This document shows positions 1 through 8,349 of a stretch of DNA of 64,000 nucleotides, piece after piece. How positions within the stretch are numbered: the first letter of the stretch is position 1; every line of letters begins with the position of its first letter. A program made the position numbers and the translations under genes. The notes beneath the pieces were generated by a model, which was not told the origin of the DNA, did not search any database, and was given only the letters and a program-made list of their open reading frames with translations. Source of the DNA: Candidatus Levybacteria bacterium RIFCSPHIGHO2_01_FULL_36_15b (GTDB taxonomy: Bacteria > Patescibacteriota > Microgenomatia > Levybacterales > UBA12049); contig MFNK01000003.1 in NCBI GenBank assembly GCA_001782045.1, forward strand, positions 204,719-268,718, read 5' to 3'.

Positions 1-888
1 TTGCAAATTTATTCTAGAATCAAAAAATGGGTAAATAGGATTACCCGTATTTATGTATGAAAATATAAACCAAGGGAGGGGTATAATGACTGCAGGTAGA
101 GTTAAGGATATAAAATTCACTAGAAAATCTTTAAAACTTTTACTAAAAAAAATAACCAGAAGACAGATAAAAATTAAAATAGATCCAGTCGCCAACAACT
201 TTGCGGATATTGCAAAACCCAATAAGGCACCAGAATATAAAAGCCATTTTTTACTTTTTATCTCATATGCTTTTATAAAAGCCCAAAATCCCATAATTTC
301 AAAAAAGGTTCTTGATAAGTCAGAATATGAAGCCATTGACTCCCAGCCCACTACTAAATTGCTATAAAAAATCAAAGTAGCCAGTAAGCTTAACTCTTGA
401 GAAAAAAACTTTCTTGATATTTTATAAATTGGAAAAAGTATAAGAACTCCAAATGTAAAATGAATAAGCTTAGCAAAAAACTCATCGCCAAAGGATAAAG
501 CAGCTACGTATATCATTTCAGTAAGCTTTGGCATATCTGAATAGTATAAAAGTGATCCTGGAATATGAAAAACTGCATGGTTTATTAAATACAATTTTGG
601 CAAGGTTAAATGGTACCAAAGCGCATCAAATGATATTTCAGGCCCTAATACGCCAACTAAATTTACAACAAACATTACTCCCAAGAGAAAAATGCAAACA
701 GCAGATATTCTATTAATTACTTTTTTGTTGAGAAAAATAACTTGACCTGGTTTAAAAAAGTAGAAAATGAAAAAAACCCAATATAGCAAGCTAACTATAA
801 ATATGTGGTTCTTAAAAAGCTGTCCTGTTATTCCAAGGAAAAAGATAAGATAAGAATATATTCCAATACTTACTGAAAACTTAAACAT
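1..888 (-). CDS. GT-C fold (PMT/ArnT-like, GT39/GT83-type) polytopic membrane glycosyltransferase, N-terminal 296 codons; gene runs off the window start
   Basis: Hand translation of the minus strand: ATG at complement(886..888) preceded by an in-frame TAG, then open with no stop down to position 1. Absent from the ORF track because it is truncated by the window edge. The product MFKFSVSIGIYSYLIFF... is very hydrophobic with many predicted TM helices. Loop motif FGDEFFAKL resembles the DE motif of PMT/ArnT enzymes. The C-terminal stretch ...YINTGNPIYPFF parallels ILTGNPFFPAY in the 13213..15027 paralog. The plus-strand ORFs 53..367 and 528..716 lie inside it and look spurious. Confidence 0.55.
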   Translation of the reverse strand, partial: MFKFSVSIGIYSYLIFFLGITGQLFKNHIFIVSLLYWVFFIFYFFKPGQVIFLNKKVINRISAVCIFLLGVMFVVNLVGVLGPEISFDALWYHLTLPKLYLINHAVFHIPGSLLYYSDMPKLTEMIYVAALSFGDEFFAKLIHFTFGVLILFPIYKISRKFFSQELSLLATLIFYSNLVVGWESMASYSDLSRTFFEIMGFWAFIKAYEIKSKKWLLYSGALLGFAISAKLLATGSILIFICLLVIFFSKSFKDFLVNFISLTLPAVIIPLPWFIFSYINTGNPIYPFFDSRINLQ

Positions 889-964
889 ATGTTTACTCTA
901 CATAAAAGATGAAAGAAGTAAAAATATAATATTAAAAGAACCCAAAAAATAAACGCTAAGGGTA

Positions 965-1720
965 TTATTTTTTTTGCCATAGTAGCCATAGCTTTCCTCT
1001 TACTAAAAATGAGTGAAAACTCATCATTAAAGCAAAAATAAGCCCTTCAATTCCATCAAGAAAACCAAACTTTATTAAATAATTTTTAAAAAATTTTGCA
1101 ATTGGATATATCATTATATCTTGTACTTTTGCTTTTACTTTACGCCCAAAAAGCTCTTGCGCTCTTAAAGAAGAATAATAATTAATATCCAGTAAAAATT
1201 CGTTTATGCTTTGATGTGGATAATGAAGTATTTGTCCATCTAATTCTCCTACTTCCCCATCTACTTGCCACTTCTCATGAACTTTTCCAACCCATGCTCC
1301 TGTTCCTCGCTTAGCAAGCCTTAATAACCTTATGTCTCCCGTTTCGCCGTGATTTAAAAGCTTATCCCACATAACATCAACTCTTTTTATAAAATATCCC
1401 GAAATATTATTTTCTCTATTTATGATTGTCGTATTTAATTCCTCCTTAAGACCAGAAGTTATTCTTTCATCCGCATCTAAAAATAATACCCAATCTTTTG
1501 TAGATTTTGATAATCCAAAGTTTCTTTGATTAGAAAAATTATCACTTAAAACATTTTTATATATTTTTATTTTTTTGTTTCCCAAGGAATTTATCACATC
1601 TATAGTTCTGTCCATAGAATTGTCATCTACGATTATAAGCTCATCCGCCCATACAGCAGTTTCTAAACAATCAATTATATTTTTTTCCTCATTTTTAGTT
1701 AGTATTACTATGCTAAGCAT
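965..1720 (-). CDS. GT2 family glycosyltransferase (small cytoplasmic, WaaE/KdtX-like)
   Basis: N-terminal IVILTKNEE..., then IIVDDNSMDRT and LDADE (DxD-type) motifs typical of the GT2 Rossmann fold. 251 aa. Stop overlaps the upstream gene at 1720. Confidence 0.8.
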   Translation of the reverse strand: MLSIVILTKNEEKNIIDCLETAVWADELIIVDDNSMDRTIDVINSLGNKKIKIYKNVLSDNFSNQRNFGLSKSTKDWVLFLDADERITSGLKEELNTTIINRENNISGYFIKRVDVMWDKLLNHGETGDIRLLRLAKRGTGAWVGKVHEKWQVDGEVGELDGQILHYPHQSINEFLLDINYYSSLRAQELFGRKVKAKVQDIMIYPIAKFFKNYLIKFGFLDGIEGLIFALMMSFHSFLVRGKLWLLWQKK

Positions 1721-3903
1721 TATTTATGTTTTACTATTTTTATTTCACTTGGGGTTTCAGTGATTATGTATATTAAATCTGCATTTTTAGTTACAGATGA
1801 TTTACCTAAATACCATGTTAAATACTGATAATTCATTGTAAAATTTTCAAATTCACTGCCTGGTCCCCTACCCAGAATTGTAAAGGTCTTGCCGTTTGAA
1901 TTTTCTACCATGTATCTTGCGACATTCAGTCTGTCCTGGAAAGTTGGTCCATATCCTCTACTAAAACCGATAAAATAATTATTAGAAATTAAATAGGTAA
2001 TATTTAAGTATCCGACAATAGATAATATTAATACTCCTAGGTAAAACAAATATCTATTTCTTGCAAGATAACTAATAAAAATCGAAACTACTATAACTAC
2101 AGGAACAAATAATGACATTAGATAAGCATTTGATGATGTTTTGTTTAATACTATACTTCCAAGTAGCACTATAAAGATAAGAAGTAGCAATAAAAATTCT
2201 TTTTTTAATTTTTTATGTTTTAATGTTTTCAATAGTAAGAATAAAGTACTTATAGCTACAACTACTGATGCAATTAGATTTGTATGAGGAAAAAAAATAT
2301 TTTGAAATGAAGAATTTAGGAAACTAAATACTTGACTAAACGAGTTTGTCATATTAATACTCAAGCTTGCTGACTTTAAAATTTTGTATAAAATCCACCC
2401 TAAAAATACAATGGTTTGTGGGAAACCATTCTTAAAATCGTAAATGATAATCGGAAGCATTGGAATAATAAAAGCGATTAGCGAAAATAATAAAATTTTA
2501 GCGTTGTGCAAGCCCGAATACCAATCCTTTTTCTTTACAAATCCATAAACAAATACTCCTATAAACACCACAGATAACACTATTGTTTGCAATTCAAAAT
2601 TATAGAGCATAACCAAAGAGAAAATTATTAAGGGAAAATAAAATTTTTTATTGTTAACCCACCTAAAAAGGCTATAAATAAAAAGTGCTACAAAAAATGG
2701 TATAAGCGAAGTGTGATATGCGGCTCTTGCGCTTAAAATTATTGCAGGAGAAAAAACGTATATAAGGGATGCAATCAATGCCGCTTCCTTAGTAAAAAAT
2801 TGCTTTACTAGTTTATATATCAAAATTAATGTAAAAATATCAAAAACCGCCGTAAAAACGTACGGTGCAATTGGATTAAATTTATAAATATAAAAGACAA
2901 AAGCAACTAAATAAGTCCAAATAGGTCCTTGATGAAGCCATAAGTGACTGGAAGTAATTCCAACTAGGGGAAGGCTTCCTGTTAAAAGAGCATCCCTTGC
3001 GGATAGATAAAACCACCCAATGTCTCCGTAGTAGGGAATATACTCATCGATTTTATACAAACGTATGGTGGTAGCAACAGCAATAGCTGACAATAACACC
3101 AAGCTATTGAAGTTAATATTAAGAAAAATCTCAATAATTAATGCTTTTATTATTCCAAAATGTTTTCTAAAATAATAAAATCTGCTTTTTTTAAATATAT
3201 CGTCCTTATTGTCTAGAAGCTTTGTGGTTGTACCCCACTTATGAATTAACTTAGAGGATGGATCAATAAAAATTTTATATCCAGCACCTCTTACTCGCTT
3301 GCACAAATCAAATTCCTCAAAATATAAAAAATAATTTTCGTCGAAACCACCTATTTTTTCAAAAACATTTTTTTTAATCAAAAAAGCCGAACCAGGAATA
3401 TTATCTACCTGCTTAGGCTTATTGTTCCATTTTTTTATCCAAAAGTTTTTAGAAATTGGATTTTTATTCCAAAGTTTATCAATAAATGAAAATTTAAATA
3501 TTGCCAATAATGGGGTTAATTCCCTAGCTCCTTGTTCCATAATTTTATTACTTGGGGTGTACAAAAGTGGTGCAATTATACCTATTTGCTTTTCTTTATT
3601 TAGTTTTTTAGCTAGCCTACCAAGTATATCTTCTGTAAAGATTGTATCGGGATTTAAAACAAATATATACTCACCACTAGCGTGTTTTACTCCTAAATTA
3701 ATCCCTGCTCCATATCCAATATTTCTTTTAGAAGAAATATATTCTAGATTTTTAAATTTACTTAATCTGTGTTTAATTTTCTGGTTTTCACTATTGTCAA
3801 CTATTATTACTTCAAAGTTTTCTTTTGTATTTTGATAAAGTGAAGATAGACACTCAATAAGATCTTTTTCATTTCGATAATGTACAATAATTATTGAAAT
3901 CAT
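1720..3903 (-). CDS. Fusion protein: N-terminal GT2 (WbbL/rhamnosyltransferase-like) plus C-terminal polytopic GT-C-like membrane domain
   Basis: Residues 1-250: IIIVHYRN, VIIVDNSEN, NIGYGAGIN, VLNPDT, YFLYFEEFDLC, the classic GT2 signature. Residues 250-727: about 12 hydrophobic segments with IDEYIPYYGDIGWFYLSARD and HQGPIWTY motifs shared with the 24493..26010 paralog. Confidence 0.75.
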   Translation of the reverse strand: MISIIIVHYRNEKDLIECLSSLYQNTKENFEVIIVDNSENQKIKHRLSKFKNLEYISSKRNIGYGAGINLGVKHASGEYIFVLNPDTIFTEDILGRLAKKLNKEKQIGIIAPLLYTPSNKIMEQGARELTPLLAIFKFSFIDKLWNKNPISKNFWIKKWNNKPKQVDNIPGSAFLIKKNVFEKIGGFDENYFLYFEEFDLCKRVRGAGYKIFIDPSSKLIHKWGTTTKLLDNKDDIFKKSRFYYFRKHFGIIKALIIEIFLNINFNSLVLLSAIAVATTIRLYKIDEYIPYYGDIGWFYLSARDALLTGSLPLVGITSSHLWLHQGPIWTYLVAFVFYIYKFNPIAPYVFTAVFDIFTLILIYKLVKQFFTKEAALIASLIYVFSPAIILSARAAYHTSLIPFFVALFIYSLFRWVNNKKFYFPLIIFSLVMLYNFELQTIVLSVVFIGVFVYGFVKKKDWYSGLHNAKILLFSLIAFIIPMLPIIIYDFKNGFPQTIVFLGWILYKILKSASLSINMTNSFSQVFSFLNSSFQNIFFPHTNLIASVVVAISTLFLLLKTLKHKKLKKEFLLLLLIFIVLLGSIVLNKTSSNAYLMSLFVPVVIVVSIFISYLARNRYLFYLGVLILSIVGYLNITYLISNNYFIGFSRGYGPTFQDRLNVARYMVENSNGKTFTILGRGPGSEFENFTMNYQYLTWYLGKSSVTKNADLIYIITETPSEIKIVKHK

Positions 3904-5000
3904 TTTAATGTTTTAAGGCTATTTTCTATTTCATTAGAGAAAGCTTTTGATTTTAGTTCCCAATCCCAATTTAATACGACATGCTCTCTTGCAGCAGCCG
4001 ATATATTTCTAATTGTAGTTGGTCTTCTTAATAAATACGATATTTTATTAGCAAGAATGCTACTATTTCTTTTAATTAAAATTCCCGTCTTTCCATTTAT
4101 AATAGTTTCCTTATATCCCCCTTCGTTTACTGCAATTACTACAACTCCACAGGACATTGCTTCCAAAGCTACTAAACCAAAGGGTTCGTTAACAGCAAAA
4201 CAAATAACGATTCTTGACTTAAGATACAGATCTTTTATATCATTGGTTGTTAACCACTGATCTTCGTTTAAAACTGTTTTAACCCTTAATTTATATTTAA
4301 TTTTTTTAGTCGCACTTTTAAAAAATTCATAACCGTCTATTGGGTGTTTAGAGCCAATAAAGAGAACATCTATTGTTTTGTTAACGTCCTTAGAGGGTTT
4401 AAAAAATTTAGTATCTACGCCCAAGTAAACAACCCTACTTTCTGTCCCATATGTTTTCTTTACTACTTTACTTGCAAATTGAGAATTAACATAAATTTCT
4501 GATGCACTTGAAAAGTTTTTCTTATCTATCATCCTTCTAAAAAACCTATTTAATTTCTCATATAGTGCCTTAATGGAAAAACCCTCTACTGCTAGTATCG
4601 GCTCGTAAATAATTCTATAATTTGGATCATGACAATAAAAGATACTAAATAAATTCAAATATCGAAGTACGTAGGGTGCTTCTGTGTATTCTGATCCATT
4701 AACTAAAACCGCGTCATAATGTTTTGAATTTATATCTAATGCAATTTTTCTATGTAATTTTTTTAGCTTTATAAGTTCTAAGGAATCCTTGTAAAGTCTT
4801 GTTTTCCAGTCACCTCCGCTCCATGCCTTAGCAGAAAAATTATAAAAGTAAATATGTTTAAATGGTAAATCGTCTTCTTTTTGTGACCCCGTGTAATAAA
4901 AATCAATCAAGTGTCCTAGTTTAATTAATTCTCTGGACAATGCATACACTGCATTCCTAGCTCCGCCGGGGGGTAATTCATGAAAAACTGCTATTCTCAT
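3900..5000 (-). CDS. GT4 family glycosyltransferase (retaining, GT-B fold)
   Basis: C-terminal EPFGLVALEAMSCGVVVIAVNEGG motif (E-x7-E region) typical of Glycos_transf_1. 366 aa. 4-nt overlap with neighbours. Confidence 0.85.
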   Translation of the reverse strand: MRIAVFHELPPGGARNAVYALSRELIKLGHLIDFYYTGSQKEDDLPFKHIYFYNFSAKAWSGGDWKTRLYKDSLELIKLKKLHRKIALDINSKHYDAVLVNGSEYTEAPYVLRYLNLFSIFYCHDPNYRIIYEPILAVEGFSIKALYEKLNRFFRRMIDKKNFSSASEIYVNSQFASKVVKKTYGTESRVVYLGVDTKFFKPSKDVNKTIDVLFIGSKHPIDGYEFFKSATKKIKYKLRVKTVLNEDQWLTTNDIKDLYLKSRIVICFAVNEPFGLVALEAMSCGVVVIAVNEGGYKETIINGKTGILIKRNSSILANKISYLLRRPTTIRNISAAAREHVVLNWDWELKSKAFSNEIENSLKTLK

Positions 5001-5836
5001 TTTGTATTTTTTAACACAGAGAAAAAATCACTTCCAAACCAGATGTTTAAAGGAAACAATCTTGATAAAGGATCTAAAAACACAATTAAATTGAATAATA
5101 AATCTTTCATGCTTTGTCTTTCTTTCCTCACAGTAATGTTCGTACTCTTAATGAATCCTTTGAAATTATATTTCTGAAAAAGTTTATATAATGAATAATA
5201 GGTAGGTTCGTTAATGTGCATTTTACTATGCGAATCCGCCCGTAACTTACTTGGCATTGCGATATTAGGATATTTGTTTCTGGAAAAATTATTCCAAAGA
5301 TTCACAATAAGTGTTGACATGGGATAACAATAATATTTGTATATATAATCATTAAATAGCCTATTAGGAGCAGTGTGTATAATTAGACTTCCTTGCGGCC
5401 TTAAGACTCTTTTTATCTCTTTAAAAACCAGCTCCAGCTCTTCTTCATATAGATGCTCTACGACATCAGTTAAAATTACGGTTGAAAAAAACGAACTTGG
5501 GAAAAGTAATTTCTTCGCGTCCATTTGTATGAAGCTCATGCGCTTCTTAATGGAAGCGTCTTTTTTTTCTTTAAGTAAATTTGCCAATTGAATTGCATCT
5601 TTTGCGTAATCTATTCCGTATGACTTACCCCCCAGTTTTGCACAGTAATATACTAACTCTCCCCTGCCGCAACCTATATCAAGTATCTTTAAGTTCTTAT
5701 GAATCTTTAGATAAGGGACAATTTCCTTAAACCTTGGTTCCAATAATTCGCCTAGTGTATACTTAAACTCCTGGTGTCCAGTACAATCAGTTAAGTAATA
5801 ATCTTTGGTATAAATTTTAGGATCAACTCTTCTCAT
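4997..5836 (-). CDS. Class I SAM-dependent methyltransferase
   Basis: Motif I LDIGCGRGELVYYCAKLGG, plus an acidic residue after beta-2 (GIDYAKD) and a post-I VILTDVVEHL pattern. Sits inside the glycan locus, so probably a sugar or lipid O-methyltransferase. Confidence 0.8.
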   Translation of the reverse strand: MRRVDPKIYTKDYYLTDCTGHQEFKYTLGELLEPRFKEIVPYLKIHKNLKILDIGCGRGELVYYCAKLGGKSYGIDYAKDAIQLANLLKEKKDASIKKRMSFIQMDAKKLLFPSSFFSTVILTDVVEHLYEEELELVFKEIKRVLRPQGSLIIHTAPNRLFNDYIYKYYCYPMSTLIVNLWNNFSRNKYPNIAMPSKLRADSHSKMHINEPTYYSLYKLFQKYNFKGFIKSTNITVRKERQSMKDLLFNLIVFLDPLSRLFPLNIWFGSDFFSVLKNTK

Positions 5837-5841
5837 TTATG

Positions 5842-7059
5842 TTATTTTAGTGTTTTATAGGTAAAGTAGAACATAAACGGTAGAGCAGCTAAAGTACCAA
5901 TTAATGCAGAAATACCCGCGCCGATAATACCATAAGCCTGAACCAAAGGGACTAATGTTACCGCCAAACCAAAAATACTAACTAAGGTAACGACACTAAC
6001 TTCTTTTTGCTTTCCTACTGAAAGAAGCAAAGATGAGGAAGAACCAGATATTGCCCTAATTACTCCGAATACCACGAGTATCTTTAACACATTAACCATT
6101 CCAAGCCATTTATCACCAAGTACAAGGATTACTATTCTATCGGTATAAATAAAAAGCACAAGACCAAAGGATATTGAAACTACGCTTACTAATAAAAGAC
6201 TTTTTAAAAAAGCTTTTGTAAGTCTTTGTTTATCTTCGGAAATTAATGAATATACTGGAAAAGTTACTTTGGATACTACGTCAGACACATCAGTAATGGG
6301 CAACCGGGAAATATTGTATGCCATTACGTATAATCCAAGATTTACAGTGCCTAACATTCTTCCTACTATTATATTATCTAAATTGTGGTATAAATAACTG
6401 AATATACCACTTAGAGTTATCCACTTACCACGATTGATAACAAGAAAAAGTTTTTCTTTTTCTAGCCTTATCTTTGGGATTGGCTTTACTAATATAAAAG
6501 AAAGAATAACCTCAAGCAGCGCACCACAAATAAGTCCTACTGCAAGACTTAAAACAGATTTTGTGTAAAAAGCTAATGTAATCGCAATTAAAGAATCCAT
6601 TAAAAGAATAGAAATTCTAAACCACAGTTCTTTATCAAACCTAAGTTCTTTTTGAAACTTTATAATCGATGGGTTAATAAATCCCCTAATCAGTGGAACT
6701 AAGCTAAATAGCAACAGCAAGCCAAATGCATCAGGTGCATTAAAAAATTGCGAAACATAAGAAGAAGTAAGAAGCATTAAAGCAAAAATAATTACTCCTC
6801 TTAAAATCGACAATAACCATGCTGTATCGATATATTTGTTTGTACTCTCTTTGTTTTGTATAAGAAAAACATTGATTCCGGTTTCTGTCAATATCTCAGC
6901 AAAAGACAAAACCAAGATTCCAATCCCATAAATTCCAAATTGTGAGGGCAAGAGTATTCTAGCCAACAAGATAGTTCTAGCTATCGAAATAAATCTTGTA
7001 GAAGCGGTTAAAATCCAACTCCACGAAATGCCTTTGATTGCATCGCCTGTGTAGCCCAT
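5842..7059 (-). CDS. MOP-superfamily oligosaccharide flippase (Wzx-like polysaccharide biosynthesis protein)
   Basis: 405 aa, about 12 predicted TM helices. Resembles the PF01943-type polysaccharide biosynthesis protein family from memory. Sits in the GT cluster. Confidence 0.7.
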   Translation of the reverse strand: MGYTGDAIKGISWSWILTASTRFISIARTILLARILLPSQFGIYGIGILVLSFAEILTETGINVFLIQNKESTNKYIDTAWLLSILRGVIIFALMLLTSSYVSQFFNAPDAFGLLLLFSLVPLIRGFINPSIIKFQKELRFDKELWFRISILLMDSLIAITLAFYTKSVLSLAVGLICGALLEVILSFILVKPIPKIRLEKEKLFLVINRGKWITLSGIFSYLYHNLDNIIVGRMLGTVNLGLYVMAYNISRLPITDVSDVVSKVTFPVYSLISEDKQRLTKAFLKSLLLVSVVSISFGLVLFIYTDRIVILVLGDKWLGMVNVLKILVVFGVIRAISGSSSSLLLSVGKQKEVSVVTLVSIFGLAVTLVPLVQAYGIIGAGISALIGTLAALPFMFYFTYKTLK

Positions 7060-7090
7060 ATATGGCTATTTAAGTATAGCAGATACGGTA

Positions 7091-7120
7091 TTGAATTCTA
7101 AACAGTTTCTCGGCTATAAT
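7091..7120 (+). promoter_or_regulatory. Sigma70-like promoter for the 7138..8349 gene (TTGAAT-N18-TATAAT)
   Basis: TTGAAT at 7091..7096 and TATAAT at 7115..7120 in the 78-bp divergent intergenic region, 18 nt upstream of the ATG at 7138. Confidence 0.4.
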
Positions 7121-7137
7121 ATTACTCTGCCGAAATA

Positions 7138-8349
7138 ATGAAAATAAAAAAATGTAGATCTTGCAGCTTTAAAGATTTAGTTTTGATTTTATCCCTTGGC
7201 AAGCAATACCTCTCAGACTTTGTTAAATCAAATAAGAAACCGAAAGCATTTCCATTAAATATTGTTCTATGTAAAAATTGCAAACTGGTGCAGTTAGACT
7301 ATACTTCCCCCTCAAAATATTTATATACAGAACGCTATGGATACAAATCCGGTATTAATCAAACAATGAAAGACGAGTTAAGTAACATCGTAAAAAAATC
7401 GCTTGAGAAAATAAAAAAAAGTAAAAAAGAGCTTATCGCAATAGATATTGGAGCTAATGATGGAACACTTTTAAGCTATTATCCCAAAGAAGTTTATAGA
7501 GTAGCAGTTGAGCCGATCAAAAAGTTTGCAAATGAATCTAAGAAATATTCAAATAAAGTAGTCAATGATTTTTTTAACTTTAAATCGTTTGATAAAAACG
7601 TCAAAAAGAAGGCAGATATTATAACCGTTATATCTTGCTTTTATGATATGGAGAACCCAAATAAATTTATTGAAGACATGAAAAAAATAATGAACGAGGA
7701 TGCCGTAGTTGTAATACAACAGAATTATCTTGTTGAAATGTTGAATAAAAACGCTTTTGATAACATAGTACACGAGCATCTTGAATATTATTCCCTTTTA
7801 TCACTTAATAATTTACTGCAAAAGCATGGTTTGGAGGTATTTGATGTAGAAATAAGAGAATTAAACGGCGGTAGCTTTAGAACCTTCATTGCAAACAAAG
7901 GCCAAAGAAAAATTACCAAACGTGTGTTAAAAATGCAACAAACTGAAAAGAGAATGAAACTGGACAATAAGGATACATATGTTAAATTTGCAAAAAGAAT
8001 AAAAGAGAACAAAATAAAAGTTTTAAGTACAATACGTAAAATAGTTAAGGATAAAAAGAGAATTTATTTATACGGCGCTTCAACGCGCGGAAATACTCTT
8101 TTACAGTATTTTGAACTAAGTAAAAATCTTATTTCCTATGCTGTTGAGAGAAATCCAGAAAAATGGGGTAAGAAGATTGCTTCTGTAGGAATACCTATAA
8201 TATCTGAAGAGCAGGCAAGGAAAGACAATCCAGAATATATGTTAGTATTGCCATGGTTTTTTAAAAAAGAGTTTCTAAAAAGAGAAGCAAATTATTTAAA
8301 AACCGGGGGACATTTTATATTCCCTCTTCCAAAACTCGACGTTATTTAG
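7138..8349 (+). CDS. SAM-dependent C-methyltransferase family protein (zinc-ribbon plus methyltransferase plus C-MT C-terminal domain; NDP-hexose C-methyltransferase TylCIII-like)
   Basis: N-terminal CRSC...LGKQYLSDF...CKNCKLVQLD zinc-ribbon pattern as in TylC3-type enzymes. Glycine-rich SAM motif AIDIGANDGTLL. 403 aa. Confidence 0.7.
   Translation: MKIKKCRSCSFKDLVLILSLGKQYLSDFVKSNKKPKAFPLNIVLCKNCKLVQLDYTSPSKYLYTERYGYKSGINQTMKDELSNIVKKSLEKIKKSKKELIAIDIGANDGTLLSYYPKEVYRVAVEPIKKFANESKKYSNKVVNDFFNFKSFDKNVKKKADIITVISCFYDMENPNKFIEDMKKIMNEDAVVVIQQNYLVEMLNKNAFDNIVHEHLEYYSLLSLNNLLQKHGLEVFDVEIRELNGGSFRTFIANKGQRKITKRVLKMQQTEKRMKLDNKDTYVKFAKRIKENKIKVLSTIRKIVKDKKRIYLYGASTRGNTLLQYFELSKNLISYAVERNPEKWGKKIASVGIPIISEEQARKDNPEYMLVLPWFFKKEFLKREANYLKTGGHFIFPLPKLDVI

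Noticed and set aside
53-716. Plus-strand ORFs 53..367 (104 aa) and 528..716 (62 aa)
   Set aside because: They lie entirely within the long, stop-free minus-strand reading frame encoding a polytopic GT-C-like protein (1..888). Their translations have no recognisable features, so I treat them as antisense artefacts.
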